64,000 nucleotides of DNA from Ginglymostoma cirratum. Its lineage: Eukaryota. Below the pieces are notes generated by a model. That model was given only the letters and a program-made list of their open reading frames with translations. It did no database searches and was not told the origin of the DNA. Location of the stretch: the NCBI GenBank assembly GCA_024137785.1, contig JAHRHZ010000222.1, positions 36,399,197 through 36,463,196 on the forward strand. The letters are read 5' to 3'. Positions 11,713 to 22,900 of the stretch are shown one piece after another (the first letter of the stretch is position 1; every line of letters begins with the position of its first letter). Position numbers and translations under genes: made by a program.

Positions 11713-13200
11713 AAACTCACACAAAAGAGCAACAAACAGATGGAAAATAATAAAGCCTGTGGTTCTGATGATACTCCAGCTGAAAGTCATGGAAACTGGT
11801 GGTCCTTCTCTCATATCAATGATCCATGCACTCCTTCTGTGGTTTTGAGAACACACACACACCCTTCAAAACAGTCCAATTGAAACTATATTCAAGAAGG
11901 GAGATCAATCATGCTGTGGAAACCATCAAGGTGTTGTACGGCAGGGAAAATCCTAAAATATTCTCCTGAACCACCTACATCCTGTGGCAAAGGAAATCCT
12001 TCCAGAATCACTATGACTTCGGACCTTCCAGAAGAACCTTTGACACGGTCTTTGCCAAGCAAATCCAACAAAACTGTTGAGAATACCAGGAACTCTTCAT
12101 TCTGCATTCATCAACTTGACCAAAGCATTTGATTCAGTGAGGTTGTAGACATGCTCACTGAGCGGGTGGGTTTGGTTGCAAATGTTTTGTCTCCCTGCTA
12201 GGTAACATTGTCAGTGTGCCTCTGGTGAAGAGTCTGTGTTCTGTTGGTTTGCTGGGGTGGTTGGTACCACTTCCGGTTTTGTTTCTCAGTGGTTTGTACA
12301 CAGGGTTTAATTCAATGTGTTTGCTGATGGAGTTCCGGTTGGAATACCAGGCCTCCAGGAATTCCCTGGCGTGTCTCTGTTTGGCTTGTGCAATTATGGA
12401 TGTGGTGTCCCAGTCGACTTCATGTCCCTCGTTGTCTGTGTGTAGTGAGACAAGTGAGAATTGTCGTGTCTCTTGGTGGCTAGTTGGTGTTCGTGTATCC
12501 GTACTGTCAGCTTTCTTCCGGTTTGGCCTATGTAGTGTTTCTCACAGTCTCTGCATGGTATTTTGTATATTACACCAGTTTTGCTGGTGCTGGATATGGG
12601 ATCCTTTACATTCATCAGTAGCTGTCGTAGGGCGGTTGTCAGTTTGTGGGCTACTCTGATATTTAGGGGTCTGAGTAGTCTTGCGGTCATCTCAGAAATG
12701 TCCTAGATGTATAGTAGGGTGATTAGTGAGTCTGGTCATGTTGTATCTTCCTGTTGTGGTTTGTGTCAGAGGTAATGGTGGATTGTGCTTTTCGGGTATC
12801 CATTCCTTTTGAAGACTTCATAGAGGTGCTCCTGTTCTGCTTTGTGCAGTTCAAATTAAATAAACGTTTGTGACCAAACCCACCAGCTTAGCATATCTAC
12901 AACCTCATCCACAACCCAAGCTACAAATCTTATCGTAAACATTTGATTCAGTAAATCGCGAGGTTCTGGGGATTGTTCTCCACAGATTTGGACATCTGAG
13001 AAACTTCATCACAATCGTGCAACTGCTTCATGGTGATAGGGCTGCAACTATTTTGATTGGGAGATCGAAAACAGATGCCTTCAATATCCAGATCAAGGCT
13101 GTGTAATAGTCACTATACAGTTTACAATTTGACAGTGATTATTCACCTGATCATAAGTTAGAATACTTTGTTCAAATCTTGACACTGCATCTGAACCAGA
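11713..13200 (+). mobile_element. RTE-clade LINE, RT N-terminal half, split by a Penelope insertion
   Basis: QMENNKACGSD, KKGD, GKIL, then AFDS|VNRE, which resumes exactly after the insertion at 12953; QGCV at ~13095. Confidence 0.75.
12139..12939 (-). mobile_element. 5'-truncated Penelope-like element (GIY-YIG endonuclease) with inverted terminal copy and 13-bp TSD
   Basis: ORF 12394..12690 has GVIYKIPCRDCEKHYIGQTGRKLTVRIHEH (PLE GIY-YIG signature). CATTTGATTCAGT is duplicated at 12126-12138 and 12940-12952. 12139-12188 is inverted at 12862-12906. Confidence 0.88.
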
Positions 13201-13740
13201 ACATACTAGCCATGGAGAGGATGCAGCAGAGATTCACCAGAGTGATTCTGACACTAAAAGAGTTAATATTTGAAGGAAGGTTGCACAAACAGTTACTTTC
13301 AAGTACACAAGACTTTTAATGATTTTCAACACCTCAATTAAAAGACTTAATAGGGTAAAAGCTATTTCCTCCAGTGTGGGGTCCAGGCAAGGGGGCATAA
13401 ATTTAATGTTAGAGCCAGGTTGTTTAGGGGTAGTATCAGGAGGATGAGAAAGCACACTTCAAAAGTACTTAACTGACCATTATGTGCTTTGGAACATCCT
13501 GAGGTCATGAAAGTGCTAAAGAAATGTAACTCTCTTTCTTTTACAAATCTGTAGCCTCCACCCAAAAAGCTATTAACTCCAGGTCATTTGAAAATTTCCG
13601 AATTTTAGTAGCTAGATTTTGTTTTATCAGGCAAGGCCTTGAAGGGTTATGGAACCAAGGTAGGAAACAGATCTAATACAATCTAGCTAACTGATAACAG
13701 ATTTGAGGGGTTCAATGACCTATTGCTGTTCCTATGATCT
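13201..13740 (+). mobile_element. Degenerate CR1 3' fragments
   Basis: GAGAGGATGCAGCAGAGATTCACCAGAGTGATTC, GGGCATAAATTTAA and the tail AATGACCTATTGCTGTTCCTATG are typical of CR1 3' ends. Confidence 0.6.
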
Positions 13741-13769
13741 TATCAATGTCTAGGAACTTAAAAATAGTT

Positions 13770-14050
13770 CAAGATCTCTTAACCATTCCCACCCAGCAAT
13801 TATGTACTGCCCCAAAGACATAAACACTTTTCTCTAAAATATGCCAGAGGCCCTCCCGATAAATAACACTTTCAGACCCCCTTAGGGAAATTTAGCAGCA
13901 ATTGTATAATTCTGCATAAAAATAATTACAAAACACTTCAGTTGTAATGAGTTGTACATCCGCTTCACAGTAGTATATTAAATTTATTTCTTCCTGTTGA
14001 CAAATGGGAAATTCAGAGTTGGATTCTTGCTGACTTATTCTCTCAAATTG
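13770..14050 (-). pseudogene. KIAA0825-like remnant, N-terminal exon
   Basis: ISQQESNSEFPICQQEEINLIYYCEADVQLITTEVFCNYF...*...EGLWHI resembles recalled [38 protein letters not shown]...DLLWDL. Confidence 0.6.
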
Positions 14051-14399
14051 GCAACAGGAGTAATTCAGCCATTTCAAATTCAATATAAAACCTTTTCTAC
14101 CTTTCTTGTTATTTCAATCAATCTTCCACCTGGAGAAATTTAAAAACTTCTCTGAATAGATTCTAGAGTTCCCATTAGCTGAAACCATGGCAACATTACG
14201 TGCATACATAGTAGGATTAGACTATTTGAAAACAAGAGTAGAAAGGACCAATGGAAAATTAGTTTTTTTTAGAAAATAAGACATACAAAATTCCTCTGGT
14301 TTATAATTTTGCTGGAAAAAGACATACAAAAGAGAATGTTCACTCTGTACAAATGCTTACTTATTTGGTAAAAGGAAGTGTCAAACCTTCAAAGAATAA

Positions 14400-14830
14400 A
14401 TAAATGTGTATTTATACTGTACCTTTCATTATCTCAGAATGTCCAAAGCAGTTTACAGTCAATAAAGTATTTTTAAAGTTTAGCTTCTATTAGAATTTAG
14501 AAAGTGGGATAGCAAATTTGCACCTACAGCAAAAATCCTAAACAGCAATGAGATAAATAGCTAGATCATTTACTGACGTTGCTGATTGAATGTCAATGCT
14601 AACCAGAACACTACTAAGATACTTCCCCTACGTTTCTTCAAATAGTGCTGTGGGGTCTTTTCACCATACCCAAGAGGAAGGATGGGTACTCTGGTTAACA
14701 TCTCACCTGGAGTCCAAAAATTAAATTCTCCTTCGGTACTGTATATCAAGATAATCTTGAATTATGTACACAGGTCTTGATAGTAAAGCTTGAACTTTTT
14801 GTTCATTTGACTCAAGTGATCGTGCTATCA
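14400..14830 (-). mobile_element. Old SINE (DeuSINE/SacSINE1-like)
   Basis: TGTATTTATAC...CCAAAGCAGTTTACAG...CTTCAAATAGTGCTGTGGGGTCTTT...GGTTAACATCTCA architecture. A similar degenerate copy lies at ~52340-52710. Confidence 0.5.
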
Positions 14831-15859
14831 TTAAGCAAAGACTCATAAATTACACATAATGAACAATACTCATTTCTAAAAAAAATTGATTAACACCCAA
14901 TTGGGATTGGAAGCACTAATTATGAATTACAAAATTACTCCCAAATGATTTTCAAGCATTTTAGTTCCAGTTCCAAGTTCAGAAATACTTTAATGATTAC
15001 ATAAAAGTGAGGTCTATGTGACATGTTGTTAGGATGCAGCTTTACTGCAAATGTCACATCAAAGCAAACCAATGTCAGGTATCAAAATAAAATGATATAA
15101 TAACATGAAGTCATTTCAGCTCCTGATCAAATCAAAACTTCTCTGGGGTGAGAGGGTCTCCCACCTTTGAATTCACTCTGGTGTACTATAACTCTTAATG
15201 CAAAATCTCATTTATAAGTTCACCAGTGGCTCATTGGAGCCTTCAGAGTATTGAAAAGAAAATATAAATATAAAAAGCAGATCCTGCCAAACACACTCTA
15301 AGGAAGTAATAAGTAACAATTGCTGGTAACACGCATATCCCAGGATCAAATAATAAAGAATTCACTTATGAATGTGCTTACCACCTTATTGTTGGCAACA
15401 TACAATAAGAGTCAGTAGTTTCAGGCAGGTCCATTGAGCAGTCCCCTCTACAGGTATCAGTCTGGAAATAGTAGCTTCAGTATAACTAGTCTCACAGTAA
15501 TTTGATCACTTCTTTGCCTTGGCTTATCTGTCATTATTCTTGAATTAAGTTAAGAAGAAACTGTGATGCATGACTTAATTTTCCACATACTTACATTTAG
15601 CTCAATTACAACTTACTTAAAATACCACCAGTATACTGTGTTGTTCAGATGATGTGCTGTATCTTAAGGACAGAAGCATGATGCCACGAAGAATAACAGA
15701 AAATGTTAAAGTACAGACGGAGAACATTCCTGGACTGTGCCTGCACCAGCTGAATAATCTTGGCCTCCATTCTGATCCCACTTTCCAGCAGCTTATCCAT
15801 AGTCTTAAATGTTATGGCACTTCTGGTGCAGATCCAGGTTCACTTTAAATGAGATAGCA

Positions 15860-16420
15860 AGAAGTGTTGATGCTGGTGTCAGAGTCAACACAGTATGGAG
15901 CTGGAGGAACACAGCAGGCCAGGCAGCATCAGAGGAGCAAGAAAGNNNNNNNNNNNNNNNNNNNNNNNNNNNNNNNNNNNNNNNNNNNNNNNNNNNNNNN
16001 NNNNNNNNNNNNNNNNNNNNNNNNNNNNNNNNNNNNNNNNNNNNNNNNNNNNNNNNNNNNNNNNNNNNNNNNNNNNNNNNNNNNNNNNNNNNNNNNNNNN
16101 NNNNNNNNNNNNNNNNNNNNNNNNNNNNNNNNNNNNNNNNNNNNNNNNNNNNNNNNNNNNNNNNNNNNNNNNNNNNNNNNNNNNNNNNNNNNNNNNNNNN
16201 NNNNNNNNNNNNNNNNNNNNNNNNNNNNNNNNNNNNNNNNNNNNNNNNNNNNNNNNNNNNNNNNNNNNNNNNNNNNNNNNNNNNNNNNNNNNNNNNNNNN
16301 NNNNNNNNNNNNNNNNNNNNNNNNNNNNNNNNNNNNNNNNNNNNNCCCGAAACACCAACTTTCCTGCTCCTCTGATGCTGCCTGGCCTGCTGTGTTCCTC
16401 CAGCTCCATAGTGTGCTGTC
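15860..16420. mobile_element. Palindromic short repeat spanning an assembly gap (N 15946-16344)
   Basis: Inverted arms TATGGAGCTGGAGGAACACAGCAGGCCAGGCAGCATCAGAGGAGCA and its reverse complement sit on either side of the gap. Confidence 0.75.
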
Positions 16421-17393
16421 ACTTTAAATGAATGTAGGGTTTCTGCCTTAACCATCAAACTGTGTTCACAAGGGTAGACATCAACAGTGGGATCAGATTG
16501 TACACTCTTTGCAGAATAAGCCTGGTTTTCGTTGCATGAAATAAAAATTAGGTGAGTTCATAAAAGAAATAAATAAAGACAAGATAACTTAGTCGCTAAA
16601 AATCTGATATAAAAATAAAGTGCTGGAAAATCTCATCCGCTTTAACAATGTCTGTGGAGAGGGGGAGAGAGAGAGAGTTAATTCTTTCTGAAAATGGGGG
16701 TATTGGAAAATTTTCCCAACAATGTTGAAACACCAGCTAAGATTATGATTAGAACCTAATCAGCTTCAACAGTTGTTAACTGACATTAATGTTTTCTTTG
16801 ACTCTGTTTAGTCTCTCAATAGACACTGGCAGATTTGCAGCATTTTTGCAGCACTTTCTGTCTTTTTTCTTATTCCACAAAGTCAATAGCTATTCAAATT
16901 ACAGTTCATTACTTTTCAGGTCATGGCGTCTAATTTCTAAAAACCAACATATTTTGAATTATTGAAAGGGTTCTGATGTTAGTGTGGGATGTTTGTAGAT
17001 TGAAAATAGTTTGTGACTTCCTTACTCCTGGTCAATTAAAATCAGCAGGAAATTAACATTCTATCTTTCCTATTTTTAAGAGTGTAAAGTCTCTAATTTG
17101 CAGACACCTAAGGTATTGGCCCTAGCCATCCTTCTTTTTCCCTTTAAAATGTAGGCTATGGAAAAATGTTTCCAATAATCTTGAAACACCAGCTAAGATA
17201 TGATCGCTATCTAGTCAGCTTCAACTGCTAGTAACTTAACTTTAGATGAAGACATAACAAAATTAATGCTGTAAGTACAGTGTTTCTGCAGTTGAGTCTG
17301 TTCCCAATGACACTCCACTCCGGCAATTACTGGGTCAAGCATATTTTTATGGTGTGCACATCTTCTGGGTTTGCTTGGGAATCAGAAGTGTAC

Positions 17394-17619
17394 CTATCTC
17401 TGGGTCCAAATAAGGTAGGTGTATGTATGTCTTCTAGGACCACTTGGGGGCTGGGTGTATATTCCAGATCCCCAGAGGTTGGGGTTCTGTACATCTTGTG
17501 GGTCTTCCTGAGATTGCTTTAGGAAACAAGGGTTTTGAGTGCAGTGGTGATTCAACCCAAACACCTGCATGGACAAAAAGGAATCCAGTAACAATCCATC
17601 AGTCGTCATGATCTTCAAC
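17394..17619 (-). pseudogene. Candidate first coding exon of the KIAA0825-like pseudogene
   Basis: Acceptor TTTTGTATCACAG|G at 17619 and ATG at 17609. MTTDGLLLDSF weakly resembles recalled DLHCLLNSF. The 3' end is uncertain. Confidence 0.35.
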
Positions 17620-18599
17620 CTGTGATACAAAATGCTCTCTGAATATTTTAAGGTGTGATATCAGGCTGTGAGTCATATTTTATTATGTAAAAGGCTTATA
17701 TGAAAGCTGTCTAACTTTGAAAGTGTCCATATTTATAGGTTTCACCACACAACTGATGCTTTAAAGTGCTATGTCCATGTGTGTTGATTCAACAGATGTA
17801 CTTTCTATGATATATTTACATATCCTTTTGAATTTTAAGTTCCATTGAGCAGCTATTAACACTCAGTCTGCAATTCATACTTTCAAACAGGTCTTTCCTA
17901 CCTCTTTGTGATTGCAGTGACATACAATCTTAATGAAAAGGAAAGTCTATGGCAAAGCAGCTTTTTAGTCAAACTATTATGCCTGTTAATCAAAAAAAAA
18001 TCCATTATTCAAATAATTTTAGAAAAATGAAACATTGCTGCTAGGATAGAGGTCTGCATTTAAAACCTCTTTCCTTCCTAGGCCATTCTGGTTATATAAC
18101 TTATATGAAACACAGCAGATGATTGCACTGCAAGGGGGAAAATTGCTGTCAAAATGATCTATGGGCCATTCTGAACCAGAAACACAGGAAACCTAGTTTT
18201 GAGGAAGGGTCACTCGACCTGAAGCATTAACTCTGATTTCTCTCCATAGCTGCTGTCATACCTGCTGAGCTTTTCAAGCAATTTCTGTCTTTGTCACAGG
18301 AAACCATCTGGCAAACAGTAATGGAGCAGTTCTGATGTTGAGTTGAAGTCCTCCCTTGTTTTCAAAATTCCATCCCCAGGTGTTGGGTAGTTAGTTTTGA
18401 GATATCCCTGTATTATGAATTGATCAGTTGACTGCATTCCAGCGACAACAATTTGCACATAAATCGTAACTTTTATGTAGTAAATCTGTATCTTCTAACT
18501 TTAACCTTTTCTAAATTTATACATTTATACATGCTTATCCAATGAGAGAAATTGGTGCTGAGAAGCACAAATATTTTCTATTTTGAACAAACAATGTAT

Positions 18600-18825
18600 T
18601 CACCTTCACTGGCTCTAAACCCGCCTCTTTGACCTGTCGGTCTCCTCTCAACCTATCTTCTCCCTTATCCATCTTCTATCCACCTCCCCCTCTCTCCCTA
18701 TTTATTTCAGAATCCCCTTCCCCTCCCCCATTTCTGAAGAAAGGTCTCGACCTGAAACATCAACTTTCCTGCTCCTCTGATACTGCTTGGCCTGCTGTGT
18801 TCATCCAGCTCCACAATGTTTTATG
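18600..18825 (+). mobile_element. Penelope-derived short repeat with hammerhead-like core
   Basis: CTGAAGA-A-AGGTCTCGACCT-GAAA at 18734-18757, followed by the family tail. Confidence 0.75.
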
Positions 18826-19889
18826 TAAACATGGAGTTCAGTTTTAACGACATCTGAGTGTCCTATAATCTATCTGACCTTCAAAAGATTATATCCCAGT
18901 AGATCAGTTTCCCACATCAATTATCCTTAAGGTTTGATTGGTAGTGTCAATTTATATTGCTGAAGTCCGTGCTGTGGCCTCATTGATGTCGCTGTGAACT
19001 AGGTTAAAACATACCAAATAATTTCATACATTGCTTTTACAGCTAGCAGATCAGGGGAAAATCCATTCAGCCAATCTCAAGTCCAGATTCTAAATGTTAA
19101 TAAGTCAACACTCTAAGTAGCATAAAATGTGGAATCACTATCAACATATAGTTATTTCTTTCTCTGAAATGGCCATGATCCCCTTTAATGAGAAAAATTA
19201 GATTAAAGTAAGGAAATAGATTCATATGAAAAGATCTGTTTAGCATGTTGGCAAACAACTTTAAGAGTGTCATTACACCCAATTTTGTGGTTTCTATATC
19301 AGAACAATTCAAAAACAATAGTCTGACTCTGGCTCTATCCTAACTCTAAAGCTGAGCCTCTCAGAGGAGGCAATTTCACATTGCTTTGGTTTTGGCATCA
19401 CATGTAGTATAACTCCAGCACAATGTTTTGTCAAGCTTAAGAAGTGCTTAGGGCAGTCACTGGATCACCAGGGTATTATGTAAACATAAGCAGAGCTTAT
19501 CTAAACATTTTGAGAGTGTGGGTGCACTCTCCATTCAAATTTCTGCTAAGAGGGGAAGCAGTGGTCTCCTGGCAAGATACTATTATTTGCAAACAGACCA
19601 CATAGCTACTGACTCAAATTTACTTACAATAAACACCCAATAGGTTACAATGCCAACAACAGAATTCCAGAGTCCACTATGAAATAATTTGAGAATCTTT
19701 GCCTTGATAAGTTCATTTATTTTTAAAAGATGGTCTAATGTTTTGAACTTCTATCAGTGCAGAAACTCTCATGCTTCCAACAAGATGTGTAATCAAATAT
19801 CTCATGCAAACACCTTAACCCATTGTTATATTCAACTTTAGCAAGGGTGAGACTTGGCCCAAAAGTCACTTGATAACCGATCAAACTCC

Positions 19890-19920
19890 TCGCGGGCGCC
19901 ATGATGGCGGTGACGTCACG
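19890..19920. promoter_or_regulatory. Promoter-like element: inverted YY1 cores plus full CRE
   Basis: CGCCAT-G-ATGGCG dyad (19897-19909) next to TGACGTCA (19911-19918) in a local CpG cluster. A minus-strand GTAAGT donor lies at 19627-19622. Confidence 0.55.
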
Positions 19921-22900
19921 GCCCCAGGAATGGGGACCCCCAGAGACAGTTAAACTCTCTCCAGTGTCCAGCCTGCAACCCTCACAAATTCTCTCCACTG
20001 CTAACAGCAGCGTTCAAATAAAAGCTCAGGCACAATAAACGCAATATTGAGCAAAATGCTCTCTAAATCTTAAGAAAACTCAATCGCCTGTAACACCGTA
20101 GCAAATGCCCAGAAATTTCCAAAGACACGTCGAACCTGCAAAGCTGATCCCCACAGGGTGAGCCACACTGCTCATCTGTGGTAGAGCGAGTGCACTTCCT
20201 TCAGGGACCTGCATCAATTCCCTAAAGATATTTGGCTTAGAGCCTTCAGAGCATCATCCTCTTCTCTGTAGAGTGAGAGTAGCCAGGCTTGTGTATCCTG
20301 TCAGTGATGCTTCAGATCAAACATTTAAACCGCACACCATTTAAAAAAAAGTCAGAAAACAAATTGGTAGTAAGCAAGAATATTTCCACCCTCACCGCTT
20401 GATCCAAGTGTCTCCCGAAATTAGGCAGCAATCGCTAGGCTAGATTGTCGGCCCTTGCTTACTTGTATTACTTTAGATGACACTGGCGACTGTCGCAGTG
20501 GGAGTACAAAGCCAAAAGAAAAACAGAGATGAATGAAGGGAGAAATATTGATACATTTCGCAACATCTCAGATTGTGTAATTATTTGACAGCGCCTTACC
20601 AGCTTTTTGTTGTGTTTTGTTTAGAGGATTGTGCGTTGTACTGCAGTTGTGATCTTCGAGTTTGGTAATCCTCAAGGATTTGTTTTAGGGTCAGATAAGT
20701 ATCAATTCAAATCAAGAGGATTACTGAGGAATCCAAAACTGAGAACAATGAATGAGCAAGTTTTTGTTGTCACCCGACCCGAAATCTCGTACTTTGTAGG
20801 GGCAAATGTAAGATTTAATCCAGTTTTGTTTTACATCCTTAAAAGAAAGACTTTCGTTCATCTTTGAATGCTGCACTGGGCGATGCCACAATATGAAGTA
20901 ATTGTTCCACAACATTCGGAGTGCATTTTTATGAGGAAGTTAGAGGACCAGAAATATTTTATGGTGTGTTAATACAATGTTTGCTGGGATCCTATGCTGA
21001 TCATATTACCTTACGGAGTTGTGTTTTCCACCTTCTTAAAGTTTTGACAGATTTAGTGTGAAAGAATGATGTGAACACAGCATATGTGACATGTTCATCT
21101 TCATAATTAAATCATTGTAAAGAAAATAATTTTCTATATATGTTAGTGGCAGAGTAACTTCGATGTCAGAAGGTGTTAATTTTCTTTTACACTTGTTTAT
21201 TTTAAGTTGCAAATATGGAACATAATAGAAACATGGATTTGCATTTCAAACGATTACGTCAGACGAACCAGAATAAAACTTTGAGAAAATTGAAACAAAA
21301 TTCAAAAAATTCTACAATCGTGTTTCTTGTTTGCAGGAAGGGCAGTTTTACTTGTAAATAATCGAATTGATAATATTTCGTAGCTTCACTGTCAACAAGT
21401 ATTTCATTTAACTAAATTCGTCTTTATTGGTAATACACCGTATATGGCGAAACTTATACCTTTGAATAGAGATTTTTGTTCTGATCTCGCAACCCGCTGT
21501 TTAAATGTAGAGGCTTGTCCTTTTCAACAACTGCAGTAATTAAATGCTACAATTGTCCTCTGTGATCGTCACTTTTGAACGCCAAATGCCTCCTTGCAGA
21601 GCCCAGCCCCAACACACATTTTATTTCCCAGCATCAAATGCGATTCACTCAATTACAGAGGACTTAAACACTATAATTAAATGATGTAAAAATTTAAAGG
21701 TCAGTGCATGGATAGCCACTGGGATTTGGCTCTGCAAATAAATGGGAAACGGAAGAATATCGCAGAACAATTTACACTTCAACCGTGCGGTTTCCTTTTG
21801 AGCAAATACAGCATGCGATGAGAAAATTCGTATTTAAATTCCAATTTAGTTAAAATTTCAGGTGAATTGCAATATTGTAATATTAGATAAACTAAAATCG
21901 AAATGCATTTCCAATGTTCAAATTTCTATTTAAGATGGGTGTTATCGAATATGTACATTTAATATGTTTAAAATCGAATGATTTTAACATTAAGAATTGT
22001 CTATGTGGAATCAATTAGTTCAATGCTTTATGAGGTTTGATGCGGACGTATCAGTTAGTCACTGGAAACACTCGTCGGATCCTTTAAATATAAAACAGAA
22101 ATTGAAGCCTAGTGTTTTGGACAACGGCGTTAATTGCAAAGTGATATTCCAACATATTTGATCTCGTTGTTAAGTCACAAGAAATAGTTTGCAAAGACGT
22201 CTCCATAAGATTTTGCTTCAGTGATGATTCAACCATTCTAATACATTTCTTCTGATGTATAACTAATTAGCGCGTAAAGGTGTTTGATTTAAAAATCGCT
22301 TTGTACGGAATGTTATTTTTAACCGATTTATGTCGCTGCCTACAAAATGAATTCGAAATGATGTCGAAACAACTTTCTAAGGGACAGCTCCAAAGTTTCC
22401 TTCGATTTGATGGTTTCCTTTGTGTCTATGGATATTCCGATGTATTTTAATGCATCCCTTTCTAGGTGCAGTAAAGCTCGGCAGTCCTGTCCAAATAGAT
22501 AGTTAACCAAAAATCAGTTCGATATCTTCTGTGATACAAACGGGCCATCTACAGTCAGCACTGAGCTCAGGGCATACAAACTTCAGAATGACTAGTGACT
22601 TCGTTTCACTTTGAAAATAAATTCTCTTCAATGTTACGCCACATGTTTTGATGTCGAAAATTAATCGCCTGGTGATGAAAGGGGATACAGGTCTAAATTT
22701 ATGTTTTAATAATGCATAAATAAGCCGCTCCCCTGGCAGTTTATCTGAAGATAAACCTGCCGGAAGCTGAAGCTCCATAGACAAACAAAGTGTTCAATTT
22801 AATCCCGTTTGAGTGCCAGGAAGACAAAAGGACGAGGCGAATTCCCGGAGCATTTGCAAGGATCATTTAGCATCCAGTCCTGTAAATATTGGGTAACTTG

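Larger units (their letters stand above)
6022..19920 (-). pseudogene. Intron-containing KIAA0825-like (DUF4495 family) pseudogene, overall extent
   Basis: At least five exon remnants give peptides collinear with my recollection of human KIAA0825. There are polypyrimidine-AG acceptors at 6541, 7651, 8994 and 17619, multiple in-frame stops and frameshifts, and a candidate AATAAA at 6027-6022. Homology was judged by eye, not by a search. Confidence 0.65.

Noticed and set aside
15805-16458. Long ORFs in the track (also 56162-56657)
   Set aside because: Artefacts of translating through N gaps and microsatellites.
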